Shown: positions 10,195 through 19,265, numbered from the stretch's first letter. The stretch is 58,576 nucleotides of DNA from Kiloniellales bacterium (GCA_028282935.1 JANQGU010000114.1:1-58576); one strand, 5' to 3'. The notes: generated by a model not told the origin, from the sequence alone. Made by a program: numbers and translations.

Positions 10195-10386
10195 CTAGCC
10201 CGTCGAGCCTTCGGCGCGGCGCAGCAGCGCCTGCCGCACGATCGGGTTGCGCTCCGCGATCTCGCTCATAATCCGGTCGAAGCCGACCGGATTGCTGAGG
10301 AAGGGTTTGTTTCCGGCGGCGCTGGGCTCGACGCTGCCCGTGGCGGCCGCGTTCGGGCCGGCTCGGGGCGTGCCTGTAAGTTGCAT
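10195..10386 (-). CDS. Small peptide (63 aa) with GSVEPS motif
   Basis: AAGGAG SD before ATG at 10386; MQLTGTPRAGPNAAATGSVEPSAAGNKPFLSNPVGFDRIMSEIAERNPIVRQALLRRAEGSTG. Confidence 0.7.
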   Translation of the reverse strand: MQLTGTPRAGPNAAATGSVEPSAAGNKPFLSNPVGFDRIMSEIAERNPIVRQALLRRAEGSTG

Positions 10387-10466
10387 GACGACTCTCCTTG
10401 TGGTCCTCGCTTGGCGGCGGGCGCGGCGTCCGGAGGGGGCCGAACGCCGCTCCCTCACACCGGGTT

Positions 10467-10625
10467 TCAGCCGCTCAAGGCACCTTTCACGGCGCCGATG
10501 AGCGCAGGCACGGCGATGCCGGCCAGGGCGCCCAGGAACGCCGGCTGGACACTGCCGACGACGCCGACCTGAGCCGTTCTGGCAGGTCCACGTTCGACAC
10601 CTTGGCATTGGATCGGCTTACGCAT
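10467..10625 (-). CDS. Putative RiPP precursor peptide 2 (52 aa)
   Basis: AGGAGG SD; MRKPIQCQGVERGPARTAQVGVVGSVQPA-FLGALAGIAVPALIGAVKGALSG; paralog of 10712-10867. Confidence 0.85.
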   Translation of the reverse strand: MRKPIQCQGVERGPARTAQVGVVGSVQPAFLGALAGIAVPALIGAVKGALSG

Positions 10626-10711
10626 TGCAGACCTCCTGGTAGCTTGAGAGAAGGGCGGGCGGAGCGACCCGGAGCAGCGGAGGCTCCGCCCTTGCACTCA
10701 GCGAGAGAGGG

Positions 10712-10867
10712 TCAGCCGAGCGCACCCTGCAGAGCGCCGAGAGCGGCGTTCTTGAGGACCGGCATAATGCTGCCGAGGAACGCCGGGTTGGCACCGCCGG
10801 CTACGGCGATCTGCGCCGTCTTGGCCGGGCCGCGCTCGACGCCTTCGCACTGGATTGGCTTACGCAT
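10712..10867 (-). CDS. Putative RiPP precursor peptide 1 (51 aa; not in ORF track)
   Basis: AAGGAG SD; hand translation MRKPIQCEGVERGPAKTAQIAVAGGANPA-FLGSIMPVLKNAALGALQGALG, ending in TGA at 10712-10714. Confidence 0.85.
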   Translation of the reverse strand: MRKPIQCEGVERGPAKTAQIAVAGGANPAFLGSIMPVLKNAALGALQGALG

Positions 10868-10993
10868 TGCGAGTCTCCTTGCGGTTGGAGAGGGAAGGAT
10901 GGGCGGAACCGTCCCGATCTGCGGAAAGCCCGCCCGCTCAAGGCCGGCACCGGGGTGCCGGCTCCCCGCGGCTGCCGCCGCGTGGGTTCTGTC

Positions 10994-13399
10994 CTAGAAG
11001 ATCGACCAGTTGCGCAGCGGTCCGACGGTCACCGGGACCACGTCGCTGACGTCGACGGTGTACTGGAAGACGTGGCGCGCCGTGGTCAGCGTCTCCGTCG
11101 GATTGAAGAAGGTCCAGGTCGCGTCCCAGCAATCCGAATCGGGCCGGCAGATCGTGCTCCGGTCCACCGAGACGGTGTCCAGGAACATCCCGCTGTGGGC
11201 CATTTCCTCGAAGATCTTCTTGGTGTTGTAGGCGTTGAACGCCGAGTAGTTCATCGCCCGGTCCTGCGGCGAGACGCCGACGTTGCGGAACTGGTTGTAG
11301 ATCCTCTCCAGGAATTCCTTGAAGTTGTCCGGCGGATCCTCGCCGGCGATGTCGGTGATGTTCCAACCGAACATGCCCCGCCAGACCGGCAGCAGTTGCG
11401 GGACCACGGTCCCGTTCATCAGCCGGACTTCGCCGTCGACGTAACCGGCCTGGGACACGCGCTCGACCGGCGGCTTCTTCTTGTCCTTCTTGGACTTGTC
11501 CTTCGGGTCCGGGGCAATCTGGCGGACATCGTCGATGCCGCTGATCGGCTCGCTGCACTCCTGCTGCCACAGCAGGGTCGCCAGCTCCATGTACATCGGC
11601 AGGCCGAAGGAACTATGGGGCTTGATCGCATAGATCGGGGCCGTGTCGATGTTGACCGTCCAGATCAGCGCGTTGGAGTCGGGGAAGTTGATCAGCACCT
11701 TGGTCTTTGGGTCCTTGTACAGGAGGTACTTGATCATGATTTGCGGGTTCCACGGCGCGGCGTAGTCTCCGCTTGAATCGTAGTGATCGGGATCGACCCG
11801 TTTCCGCCACTCCGCGATCGCCTGCACGAAGTAGTCGAAGCGGGCCTCGCTCTCGAAGTCGTAGAACAGCCGTCCGATCACGAAGACCGAGGACTCGCCG
11901 ATCGCCTGCGAGGGCTGGATGCCGGCGCAGCCGCAGGACTGGTTCGGCGCGACCGCCGCCGGCATTGCCGGGCCCGGCATGCCGCTGGGCCAGCCCTCCG
12001 CCGCCTGCGGCGCCACGGGCTGAAGGACGGGTGCCTGGGGTGCCGTCGCCGGCAGGGCGAGGCCCTGGGGCATCACGGGCGGCGGGCCCTGCACCTGGGG
12101 CGCCGTCTGCGCCGGCACCATGGCGGTGGCCGGGGCGGGCAGGGCCGCGGTCGTGGCGGGCGCCGGGGCCTCGGCGGGGGATGCTGTGCCCGACGCGGGC
12201 GCGCTCGTCGCTTCTGCGGCGCCGGCGTCGGAGGGGGCGACCGGGGGGTGACCCGGGTCCGAGGGCAGGGCGGTCGAGGAGCCGACCCCGGACAGCGGAG
12301 CGCCGTCAGGGCCGAGGATCGACGCCGGAGCGTGACCAGGTGTCTGGTAATTCGCGGACATGGCGTTTGCCTCTCCTGTGAGCTGGTTGTGGGACAGGGA
12401 CGATTCGGACAGAGCGCCGCCTGCCGCGCTCGGCAGGGGCGACGTCGACGGCGTCGCAGTTGCGACGACACGCGGCGTTGGGTTTTCCCGTGGTTGCGAC
12501 GCGCCGCTCGGAGCGGTTCGCTGGAGCGCCGCCATCGCCGCCTCCACGTCGAGGACGCCGACGGGGCCGAGGTCCGGCGCGAACCGCGGATCGAGCGGCG
12601 CCGCCGTGTCGAGCAGCAGTCGGCGGATCGCAGGGGCGTCGGACTCGTCGCCGAGCTGGCGGCTCAGGCTGAGGAGCAGCGCGGCGACCGCGGTGACGAT
12701 GGGAGTCGCGAAGCTGGTGCCCGACCGCGGGCTGACGCTGCCACCGGGGCCGGCACCGGGAATGGCGTCGCCCGGCGCCAGGATGCCGTTTTCACGGTAG
12801 GCGTCGCCGTAGTTGCTGAACGCCATGGGCTTGCCGTCCCGGTCGCAGGCCCCGACGGCCAGGACGCTCGGCAGCGCGGCCGGCACATGGAGGCAACGGC
12901 AGCCGTCGTTTCCCGCCGCCGCGACGAGCAACGCGTCGCGCTGAACGCATTCTTGGACGGCCGCCTCCAGGAAGCGGTCGCCCTGTCCGGTCGGCGTGAA
13001 CTGGCCGCCGCTGATGTTGATGAGCGTCGCGCCGCTGTCGAGCGCGTGGTGAATGGCCCGCGCCAAGGTCGTCTGCGCGCAGCTCACCAGGTTCCCCTCG
13101 GAGTCTTCCCGGTAGACCGGGATGCAGAGGAGCGTGCAACGGGGCGCGATCCCGGCGACCGGCGACCCCGGCTGACCGGCAATGACGCTGGCGACATGGG
13201 TGCCGTGCGTCGAGCGGGTGAGATCGTACTGGCTCGGCTGGACGATCAGCGGCGCGCGGTCGCCGGGGGAGGTCCCGAGGAACGCGGGGTGGTTCGCATC
13301 CACGGGGCCGTCGATGACCGCGATCCGGATATCCGGCGAGCCGCCGGCGGTTTGCTCCATGAGCGCGCTCAGGCCCGGAATGTCGGTGACGGGAGTCAT
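10994..13399 (-). CDS. PatA/PatG-family (cyanobactin maturation-type) S8 subtilisin-like protease with C-terminal PatG-type DUF
   Basis: Triad motifs IAVIDGPVD, HGTHVAS and SGTSFATP; AAAGNDGCRCLHVPAA; Pro/Ala linker; C-terminal IGRLFYDF, WTVNIDTAPIYAIKP, RNVGVSPQDRAMNYSA, CRPDSDCWD and YTVDVSDVVPVTVG. Confidence 0.92.
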   Translation of the reverse strand: MTPVTDIPGLSALMEQTAGGSPDIRIAVIDGPVDANHPAFLGTSPGDRAPLIVQPSQYDLTRSTHGTHVASVIAGQPGSPVAGIAPRCTLLCIPVYREDSEGNLVSCAQTTLARAIHHALDSGATLINISGGQFTPTGQGDRFLEAAVQECVQRDALLVAAAGNDGCRCLHVPAALPSVLAVGACDRDGKPMAFSNYGDAYRENGILAPGDAIPGAGPGGSVSPRSGTSFATPIVTAVAALLLSLSRQLGDESDAPAIRRLLLDTAAPLDPRFAPDLGPVGVLDVEAAMAALQRTAPSGASQPRENPTPRVVATATPSTSPLPSAAGGALSESSLSHNQLTGEANAMSANYQTPGHAPASILGPDGAPLSGVGSSTALPSDPGHPPVAPSDAGAAEATSAPASGTASPAEAPAPATTAALPAPATAMVPAQTAPQVQGPPPVMPQGLALPATAPQAPVLQPVAPQAAEGWPSGMPGPAMPAAVAPNQSCGCAGIQPSQAIGESSVFVIGRLFYDFESEARFDYFVQAIAEWRKRVDPDHYDSSGDYAAPWNPQIMIKYLLYKDPKTKVLINFPDSNALIWTVNIDTAPIYAIKPHSSFGLPMYMELATLLWQQECSEPISGIDDVRQIAPDPKDKSKKDKKKPPVERVSQAGYVDGEVRLMNGTVVPQLLPVWRGMFGWNITDIAGEDPPDNFKEFLERIYNQFRNVGVSPQDRAMNYSAFNAYNTKKIFEEMAHSGMFLDTVSVDRSTICRPDSDCWDATWTFFNPTETLTTARHVFQYTVDVSDVVPVTVGPLRNWSIF

Positions 13400-13819
13400 C
13401 GGACCCGACCGTCCTGAGACAGTCGCGGCAGTTGAAACTGGTGCTTCAACCGAAAACGAACGGGCGGGACGGTGCCACTCAAGCTATCATACCTGAGGGT
13501 TTGTCGATGATATCTCGCGTCGAAAACGCTCAGATAGAGAGTCTTGGAGCGCAAGTAGTTCGTGCGCGCTTCCATATCTTCACTGCCCGCCAACATGGAA
13601 ATAACCTCTTCTTAAGTCACTTCTATTTTTAGATGTATGGATAATAAATACAACCTAAGCGTGTTGTGCTGGGCGCAAGCCGCCAGGCCTCGTCTTGCGC
13701 AGAGCGCAATCCGGCGGCGCGCCTGGGCGCAAGTCTGCGCGAATTCGGTAACGGCGAAGAGCCGCTTTCCGTCGCGGCGATCGGCGTTGCTCTTGGAAGA
13801 CCTTGGGAGAAAACTCGGA

Positions 13820-14176
13820 TCAGTCCGGCGCAATCGCCTCGATGGCACGATTGAAATGAAATACGAAACCCGACGGCAAAGACCTGGTAAGGCTTAAAAG
13901 CGTTCTTTCTTCGTGGTTCACCGTGAGTGAAATATGCTGATCCATATTGCCTCTGGCCAGAAGCAGCCAATCGGCCGAAATGTCGAGGGCTCTGCAGAGC
14001 TTGATCACGTTTTCGGTGGCGATCGGCGCGCCTCTTCTCCAGCGACTGATCGCGCTTTCGTTGACGCCGATTTCAATCGCGAGAGCGTACATTTTCTTGA
14101 TCTTGCGGATGCGGAGGGCCTCCTCCAGCCGTTGGCCCCGACCTGCATCCTGTTCGCTCGGTGAGGTTCCCCCCAT
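13820..14176 (-). CDS. XRE-family HTH transcriptional regulator
   Basis: LAIEIGVNESAISRWRRG...KLCRALDISADWLL; lies in an AT-richer segment. Confidence 0.85.
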   Translation of the reverse strand: MGGTSPSEQDAGRGQRLEEALRIRKIKKMYALAIEIGVNESAISRWRRGAPIATENVIKLCRALDISADWLLLARGNMDQHISLTVNHEERTLLSLTRSLPSGFVFHFNRAIEAIAPD

Positions 14177-14720
14177 GCTACCGCCTCTCACCAAACCGCT
14201 GCGACGTCCGCCCGAACTCCCGACAAGAAAAGACGTTCCCCAAGGCCCGCCGCCGCGGCTCCGGGTGCCTGGCCGGCCGCGTCCGTTTCTGCCGCCCGGA
14301 CGCGGCTTTTGCCGACAAGGCTCCTTCCGACGCCGCCATTCGGTCTCACGTTTCTATTATCCAAGTCGTAGTAGCAAAGACCTAAAGAAGAGCACGTTAT
14401 AGATATGAATTGCAATCTGAGGATGTATCTACCATTAACATTGTGAGAGGTTTTTCTTCTATAGATTGTAGTTCGACAGGCCTTTGTTGGGGGTCTTGCC
14501 TTCTTGGCCGGCCCCTTCGCGGCGAGAGGCACGCTCAAGGTGCGGAGCCGGATGCTAGCGCGGGCTCTGTTCTTAGCCGGAGGGACGGCGTCTTCCTCGA
14601 TCCTCGCGGCAAACCCGATTGGCGGCGAGCGACCTCGAAAGGGCGAGGGCCATCGCACAGCGCGCCAAAATCGGTTACCTCTTATGTATCGACCGAACGC
14701 GCGCCAAGGAACCGAGCCCG

Positions 14721-15155
14721 ATGCCCAGTGCCTGCATGAGACTCTTTGCCCTCGTTCTTGCGACCCCGATTCTCCTTTGCGGCGCAGGGACCCCTGTCCG
14801 CGCCGACAGCCACGCCGACGACTTGCTCGGCGCCGAGGACCTCACGCCGGAGGCCATCTTTGCGCTGATGGACAAGGACGGCAGCGGGACCGTGACCAGC
14901 GACGAGCTGCGCACCTACAAGATGGGGATCTTCTTCAAGCTCGATCGCGACCGCGACGGCTCGCTGTCGCGCGGCGAGCTCCCGGGCTTGAGCGACGCGG
15001 AGTTTCAGGCGATGGACCGGGACGGCGACGGCCAGGTCTCGGGTTTCGAGTTCAACCAGTCCAGGGTGACCGCGATCGAGGCGATGGACCTGGACGGCGA
15101 CGGCGTCGTCACCCTGGAGGAGTTCAAGAGCTATCGCAGCGAAGCGGCAAAGTGA
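14721..15155 (+). CDS. Secreted EF-hand protein
   Basis: Signal-like N-terminus; four DxDxDG-type loops (DKDGSG, DRDRDG, DRDGDG, DLDGDG). Confidence 0.85.
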   Translation: MPSACMRLFALVLATPILLCGAGTPVRADSHADDLLGAEDLTPEAIFALMDKDGSGTVTSDELRTYKMGIFFKLDRDRDGSLSRGELPGLSDAEFQAMDRDGDGQVSGFEFNQSRVTAIEAMDLDGDGVVTLEEFKSYRSEAAK

Positions 15156-15198
15156 CGGCGACCTTCGGGACCGCGCGGCCGGCGGCAAGACCGGTCAA

Positions 15199-16161
15199 AT
15201 GAGTCGCTATCAACGCTCCTCGGTTGAGCTGCCGAAACCGGATCGTCAGTGGCTCCAGGCCCCGGTCCTGACCGGGGTTGCCATCGCCTTGATCGCGCTG
15301 GCCAGCGGGGGCACCGAGTTCGTCTTCGGGCTGCTGATGCTGGCGGTCATACTCGGCGGTGTCGGGACCTTCTACCTGCTGTTTCCAGGCAGCCGTTTCT
15401 TCTCCATCTCGCTGGCCAACTTCCTGGCCGTCTACGCCTGCATCTACGTCTTCGTGCTCGAGACCAACTTCGTCGAGGCGTCCAAGCTTGCCGGCAGGAC
15501 CGGTTTCGTCCTGCCGATCTTCGCCTTCATCGCGGGCGCCCTGCTGCGCCGACGCCTGATCCGGGACATCATCGCGGCACAGCCTAGCCTGGCCGCCGAC
15601 GACGTAGCGAAGGGCCTGCTGTGGCTGCTGCCGCTCGCCGTCATCGGCCTGTTCAGCTTCGCCGTTCCGATGCTCGCCTGGGGCGGCGAGGAGGAGAGCC
15701 TGGGACTCCTGATCTCAATGGGCGCGGTCGCGCTGATCGTCTTCCTGCTCAGCCCCAGGGTCAGCGTCTTCTTGCTCCTCGCCGGGCTGATGTTCGAGCG
15801 CTTCTTCGACCGCGTCGTCGGACTCGTGGTGCCGGCCTTTGCCTTCCTGACCTTCTACTCCATGCTGGTGATCCTCTTCGCCTGCGTCTACCGCATCGTC
15901 GACCTCTACGTTCCGGGGGCGCACTTCAACTTCAACGGCACGCCCTATCAGATCGACTTCTCGGACGGCCTGTACTTCTCGATCGTCACCCTGTCGACCC
16001 TCGGCTACGGGGACATCGCACCGGCGAGCGACCTGGTCCGGGCCCTGACGGCGATCGAGATCGTCGGCGGCGTGCTGCTCCTGCTCTTCGGCTTCTCCGA
16101 GATCATGCGCTACGCGCATGACCGGGAAGGCCCGGCCGGCGACCGTCCGGCGGAGGATTAG
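15199..16161 (+). CDS. Potassium channel family protein
   Basis: Multiple TM helices; pore motif YFSIVTLSTLGYGDIAP. Confidence 0.88.
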   Translation: MSRYQRSSVELPKPDRQWLQAPVLTGVAIALIALASGGTEFVFGLLMLAVILGGVGTFYLLFPGSRFFSISLANFLAVYACIYVFVLETNFVEASKLAGRTGFVLPIFAFIAGALLRRRLIRDIIAAQPSLAADDVAKGLLWLLPLAVIGLFSFAVPMLAWGGEEESLGLLISMGAVALIVFLLSPRVSVFLLLAGLMFERFFDRVVGLVVPAFAFLTFYSMLVILFACVYRIVDLYVPGAHFNFNGTPYQIDFSDGLYFSIVTLSTLGYGDIAPASDLVRALTAIEIVGGVLLLLFGFSEIMRYAHDREGPAGDRPAED

Positions 16162-19100
16162 CCGCCGGCCTTGGCGGGTGTCTTGACCGCGAAGAAGATT
16201 GCGTAGAGCACCGGCACGAGCAGCAGGGTCAGCACCGTGCCCAGGGCCAGGCCGAAGGCGATCACGCAGGCCATCGAATAGAACAGCGGATCGACCAGGA
16301 TGATCAGCGGCAGCACGCCGAGGATCGTCGTGGTCGCCGACATCAAAATCGGCCGGAAGCGCGAGACCGCGGCGATCACGACGGCCTCGTGGTCGGAAAG
16401 CCCGGCCGCCCTCTGGCTGTCGATCCGGTCGATCAGGACGATCCCGTTGTTGATGATGACGCCGGCCAGGCTGAGCAGGCCCAGGATGCCGAAGAAGTCG
16501 AAGGGCGCGCGCATGATGATCAGGCCGACCAGGGCGCCGGCGAAGGCCATGGGAATGGTCAGCATGATGATGCTCGGCCGGCGGAAGGAATTGAACTGCC
16601 AGATCAGCAGGACCACGATGCCGATGATGCAGGCCGGCATGTAGCGGAACAGCTTTTCGTTGGTCTCCTCGGAGGTCTCGATCTCGCCGCCGACCTCCCA
16701 GCGGTGGCCGGGCTCGAGGCCCAGGGCCTCGATCGTGGGCGTCACGGCCGCCAGCAGCTCCGGTGCTTTCAGGTGCTGATGGCGGGCCTCCACGGTGACC
16801 GTGCGCTCCTGGTTGTAGCGGGCGATCCGGCTGTACTCCCATTCGCCTCCGAAGTCGGCGACCTGGGGCAGGGGGACCATCACCCCGCGGGCCGAGGAGT
16901 AGACGTTGACGTTCCAAAGGTCGCCGAGCGTCTGGCGTTCGTCCTCGACCGCGCGAAAGACGACGGGGATCGCGGTGTCGCCCTCCCGATAGTCCGTGAC
17001 CTGCTGACCGTCCATGAAGGCGTTCAAGGACATCGCGATCTCCCGCGACGTCACCTCCGCCCGTCGGGCGCGGGACTGGTCGACGACCACGTTGACCTTC
17101 AGGACCTTGTTCTCCCAGTCGATCAGGGCGTAGTCGATGCCCGGCATCTCCTGGAAGGCCCGCTCCAGTTCCTGCCCCTTTGTGTAGATGTGCTCGGCAT
17201 CGATGCCGGTCAGGCGGATCTCGAGCCAGCCCGGCTCGGAGGAGCCCATCCACATCCTCTTGACCTGGGATTCCACGTCGGGGAAGGACTCGGCCAGGTA
17301 GGTCTTGCTGCGCTTGATCACCTCGGGCACCTGATCGGCAGTCTCCGTGTTCACCACCAGGAAGCCGCGGTGGGGGTCCGGGTCCTTGGGCGAGAGCGAG
17401 AGGAAGAAGCGCGGTCCGCCGGTCCCGACATAGGCGATGCTGCTGGTCACCTCGGGGTTCGCCTCCGCGTCGCCGAGCCAGGCGGCATAAGCCTGCACCA
17501 CCTCGTCCGAGGCCTGGATGCGCGACCCGGCGGGAAGGTCGAGATAGACGAGGAACTGGTTGCGGTCGCTCGGCCCGAAGAACTCCCGGACCAGGGAGGT
17601 CGAGGCGTAGCCGGCCAAGGCCAGCAGCACCAGGGTCGCGGCGAGGGTGACGTAGCGCTGCTTGATCGCGGTCTCCAGGATGCCGCGGTAGCTGCGGTAG
17701 AAGCCGCTGTCGTAGGGGTCCTCCTCCGCCTTCGCGCCGCCCGCGGGCGCCTTGACGACGAGGTACCAGTTGCACATCGCCGGGGTCATGTACATCGACA
17801 GCAGCCAGGAGGCCAGGAGCAGGATGATGACGACCATCGGCAGCGCGAAGGCGTATTCGCCCGTCTGGCCGTCGATCATGAGCATCGGCAGGAAGGCCAG
17901 GATCGTGGTCAGCGAGGAGGTCAGCAGGGGCACCGCCAGGGTCCGGCCGGCGGCGAGGCAGGCCTCGCGCCGTTCCTGGCCGCGTTCCATCCGGGCCCGG
18001 ATGTCCTCGGTCACCACGATCGCGTTGTCGACCAGCATGCCCAGCGCCACGATGGCGGCGACGATCGACACCCGGTGCAGCTCGATCCCCATGAGCCACA
18101 TGACGATCAGGCCGAGCAGCATGGTGATCGGCACGAAGGAGCCGACGATCAGCCCGGCGCGCAGGCGCAGGAACAGGATCACCACCAGCAGCACCGTCGC
18201 CAGGGTCTGGTAGACGTTGCTGAGTGCGCCGTCGACCGCCACCTGGACCAGGTCCGGCTGGAAGGTCGCGTATTCCATCACGTAGCCGACCGGCAGCCCC
18301 GCCTCGAGCGCCTTGATCTTGGCGGTGAGCTTCTCGCCGAAATCCACGCTGTTGACCCCGGGCACGATCGAGAGGCTGATCACCACCGTCGGCCTGCCGT
18401 TGTAGTAGGCAAGGCTGGACGGCGGATCGACGTAGCCGCGCTCGACCGAAACGACCTCGGTCAGGTTGACCAACTGGTCGGAGTCGGGGATCGAGATCAG
18501 CACCGCCTCGATGTCTTCGATGCTGGTGAAGTTGCCGGAGGGCTGGATCACGATCTCCTTCTCTTCGACGTCGACGGTGCCGCCGGGCAGGATGACGTTC
18601 TGCCTCTGCAGGGTGGTGAGGACGTCGTAGATGCTGATCCCGAACTCGGCGAGCTTGGCGTTGGAGAACTTGAGGTAGACCTGCTCGTCCTGGACCCCGA
18701 AGAGCTCGACCTTGCGGATTCCCTTCAGCTCGTAGAGCCGGTCGCGCACGTCGCGGGCGACCAGGCGCATCTCGGCCATCGAGAAGCCGTCGCTCCAGAG
18801 CGCGATCGTGGCGACCGCCGTCAGGCCGAACTCGTCGTAGACCAGGGGACCGAGGGTGCCTTCCGGGAGCTGCGGCCGGACGTCGTCCATCTTGTTGCGC
18901 AGCCGCTTCCAGATCGCCTCCAGGTCCTCGTACTCGTCGCGCAGGACGGCGTGGATGATGGAGACGCCGGTCTTGCTGTCCGAGGTGATCTCGTCGATCT
19001 CGGGCATGGTCCGGATCTCCTCCTCGATCCGGCGGGTGATCAGGTCCTCGACCTGCGGCGGTTCCATGCCCGGGAAGGCCGCCGTGATCACCGCCTCGCG

Positions 19101-19229
19101 GATGACGATGGGCGGATCCTCCAGCCGCGGGAACTGGACGAAGAGGTAGATCCCCACCAGGACGATCCCGACGATCGCCGTGATCGTCAGCCGGCTGGTG
19201 TTGATGGCGAAGGACGTGATCCAGGACAT
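16158..19229 (-). CDS. RND efflux permease (AcrB/AcrD/AcrF family)
   Basis: 1023 aa; GMLVDNAIVV, GVIINNGIVLID and RFRPILMSATTT. Confidence 0.95.
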   Translation of the reverse strand: MSWITSFAINTSRLTITAIVGIVLVGIYLFVQFPRLEDPPIVIREAVITAAFPGMEPPQVEDLITRRIEEEIRTMPEIDEITSDSKTGVSIIHAVLRDEYEDLEAIWKRLRNKMDDVRPQLPEGTLGPLVYDEFGLTAVATIALWSDGFSMAEMRLVARDVRDRLYELKGIRKVELFGVQDEQVYLKFSNAKLAEFGISIYDVLTTLQRQNVILPGGTVDVEEKEIVIQPSGNFTSIEDIEAVLISIPDSDQLVNLTEVVSVERGYVDPPSSLAYYNGRPTVVISLSIVPGVNSVDFGEKLTAKIKALEAGLPVGYVMEYATFQPDLVQVAVDGALSNVYQTLATVLLVVILFLRLRAGLIVGSFVPITMLLGLIVMWLMGIELHRVSIVAAIVALGMLVDNAIVVTEDIRARMERGQERREACLAAGRTLAVPLLTSSLTTILAFLPMLMIDGQTGEYAFALPMVVIILLLASWLLSMYMTPAMCNWYLVVKAPAGGAKAEEDPYDSGFYRSYRGILETAIKQRYVTLAATLVLLALAGYASTSLVREFFGPSDRNQFLVYLDLPAGSRIQASDEVVQAYAAWLGDAEANPEVTSSIAYVGTGGPRFFLSLSPKDPDPHRGFLVVNTETADQVPEVIKRSKTYLAESFPDVESQVKRMWMGSSEPGWLEIRLTGIDAEHIYTKGQELERAFQEMPGIDYALIDWENKVLKVNVVVDQSRARRAEVTSREIAMSLNAFMDGQQVTDYREGDTAIPVVFRAVEDERQTLGDLWNVNVYSSARGVMVPLPQVADFGGEWEYSRIARYNQERTVTVEARHQHLKAPELLAAVTPTIEALGLEPGHRWEVGGEIETSEETNEKLFRYMPACIIGIVVLLIWQFNSFRRPSIIMLTIPMAFAGALVGLIIMRAPFDFFGILGLLSLAGVIINNGIVLIDRIDSQRAAGLSDHEAVVIAAVSRFRPILMSATTTILGVLPLIILVDPLFYSMACVIAFGLALGTVLTLLLVPVLYAIFFAVKTPAKAGG

Positions 19230-19265
19230 GTCGGGCTCCGGCCGCGGGGAGGGGGGCGTGGTCGG

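Noticed and set aside
10467-10697. 76-aa version of precursor 2 in the ORF track
   Set aside because: The AGGAGG SD and the paralog alignment place the start at 10625.
10994-13399. Calling the protease a PatG macrocyclase and the products cyclic cyanobactins
   Set aside because: No oxidase domain, a PatA-like GTSFATP, no AYDG-like follower in the precursors and no YcaO gene.
14721-15155. Lanmodulin
   Set aside because: The EF loops lack the D-P-D-x-D-G proline signature.
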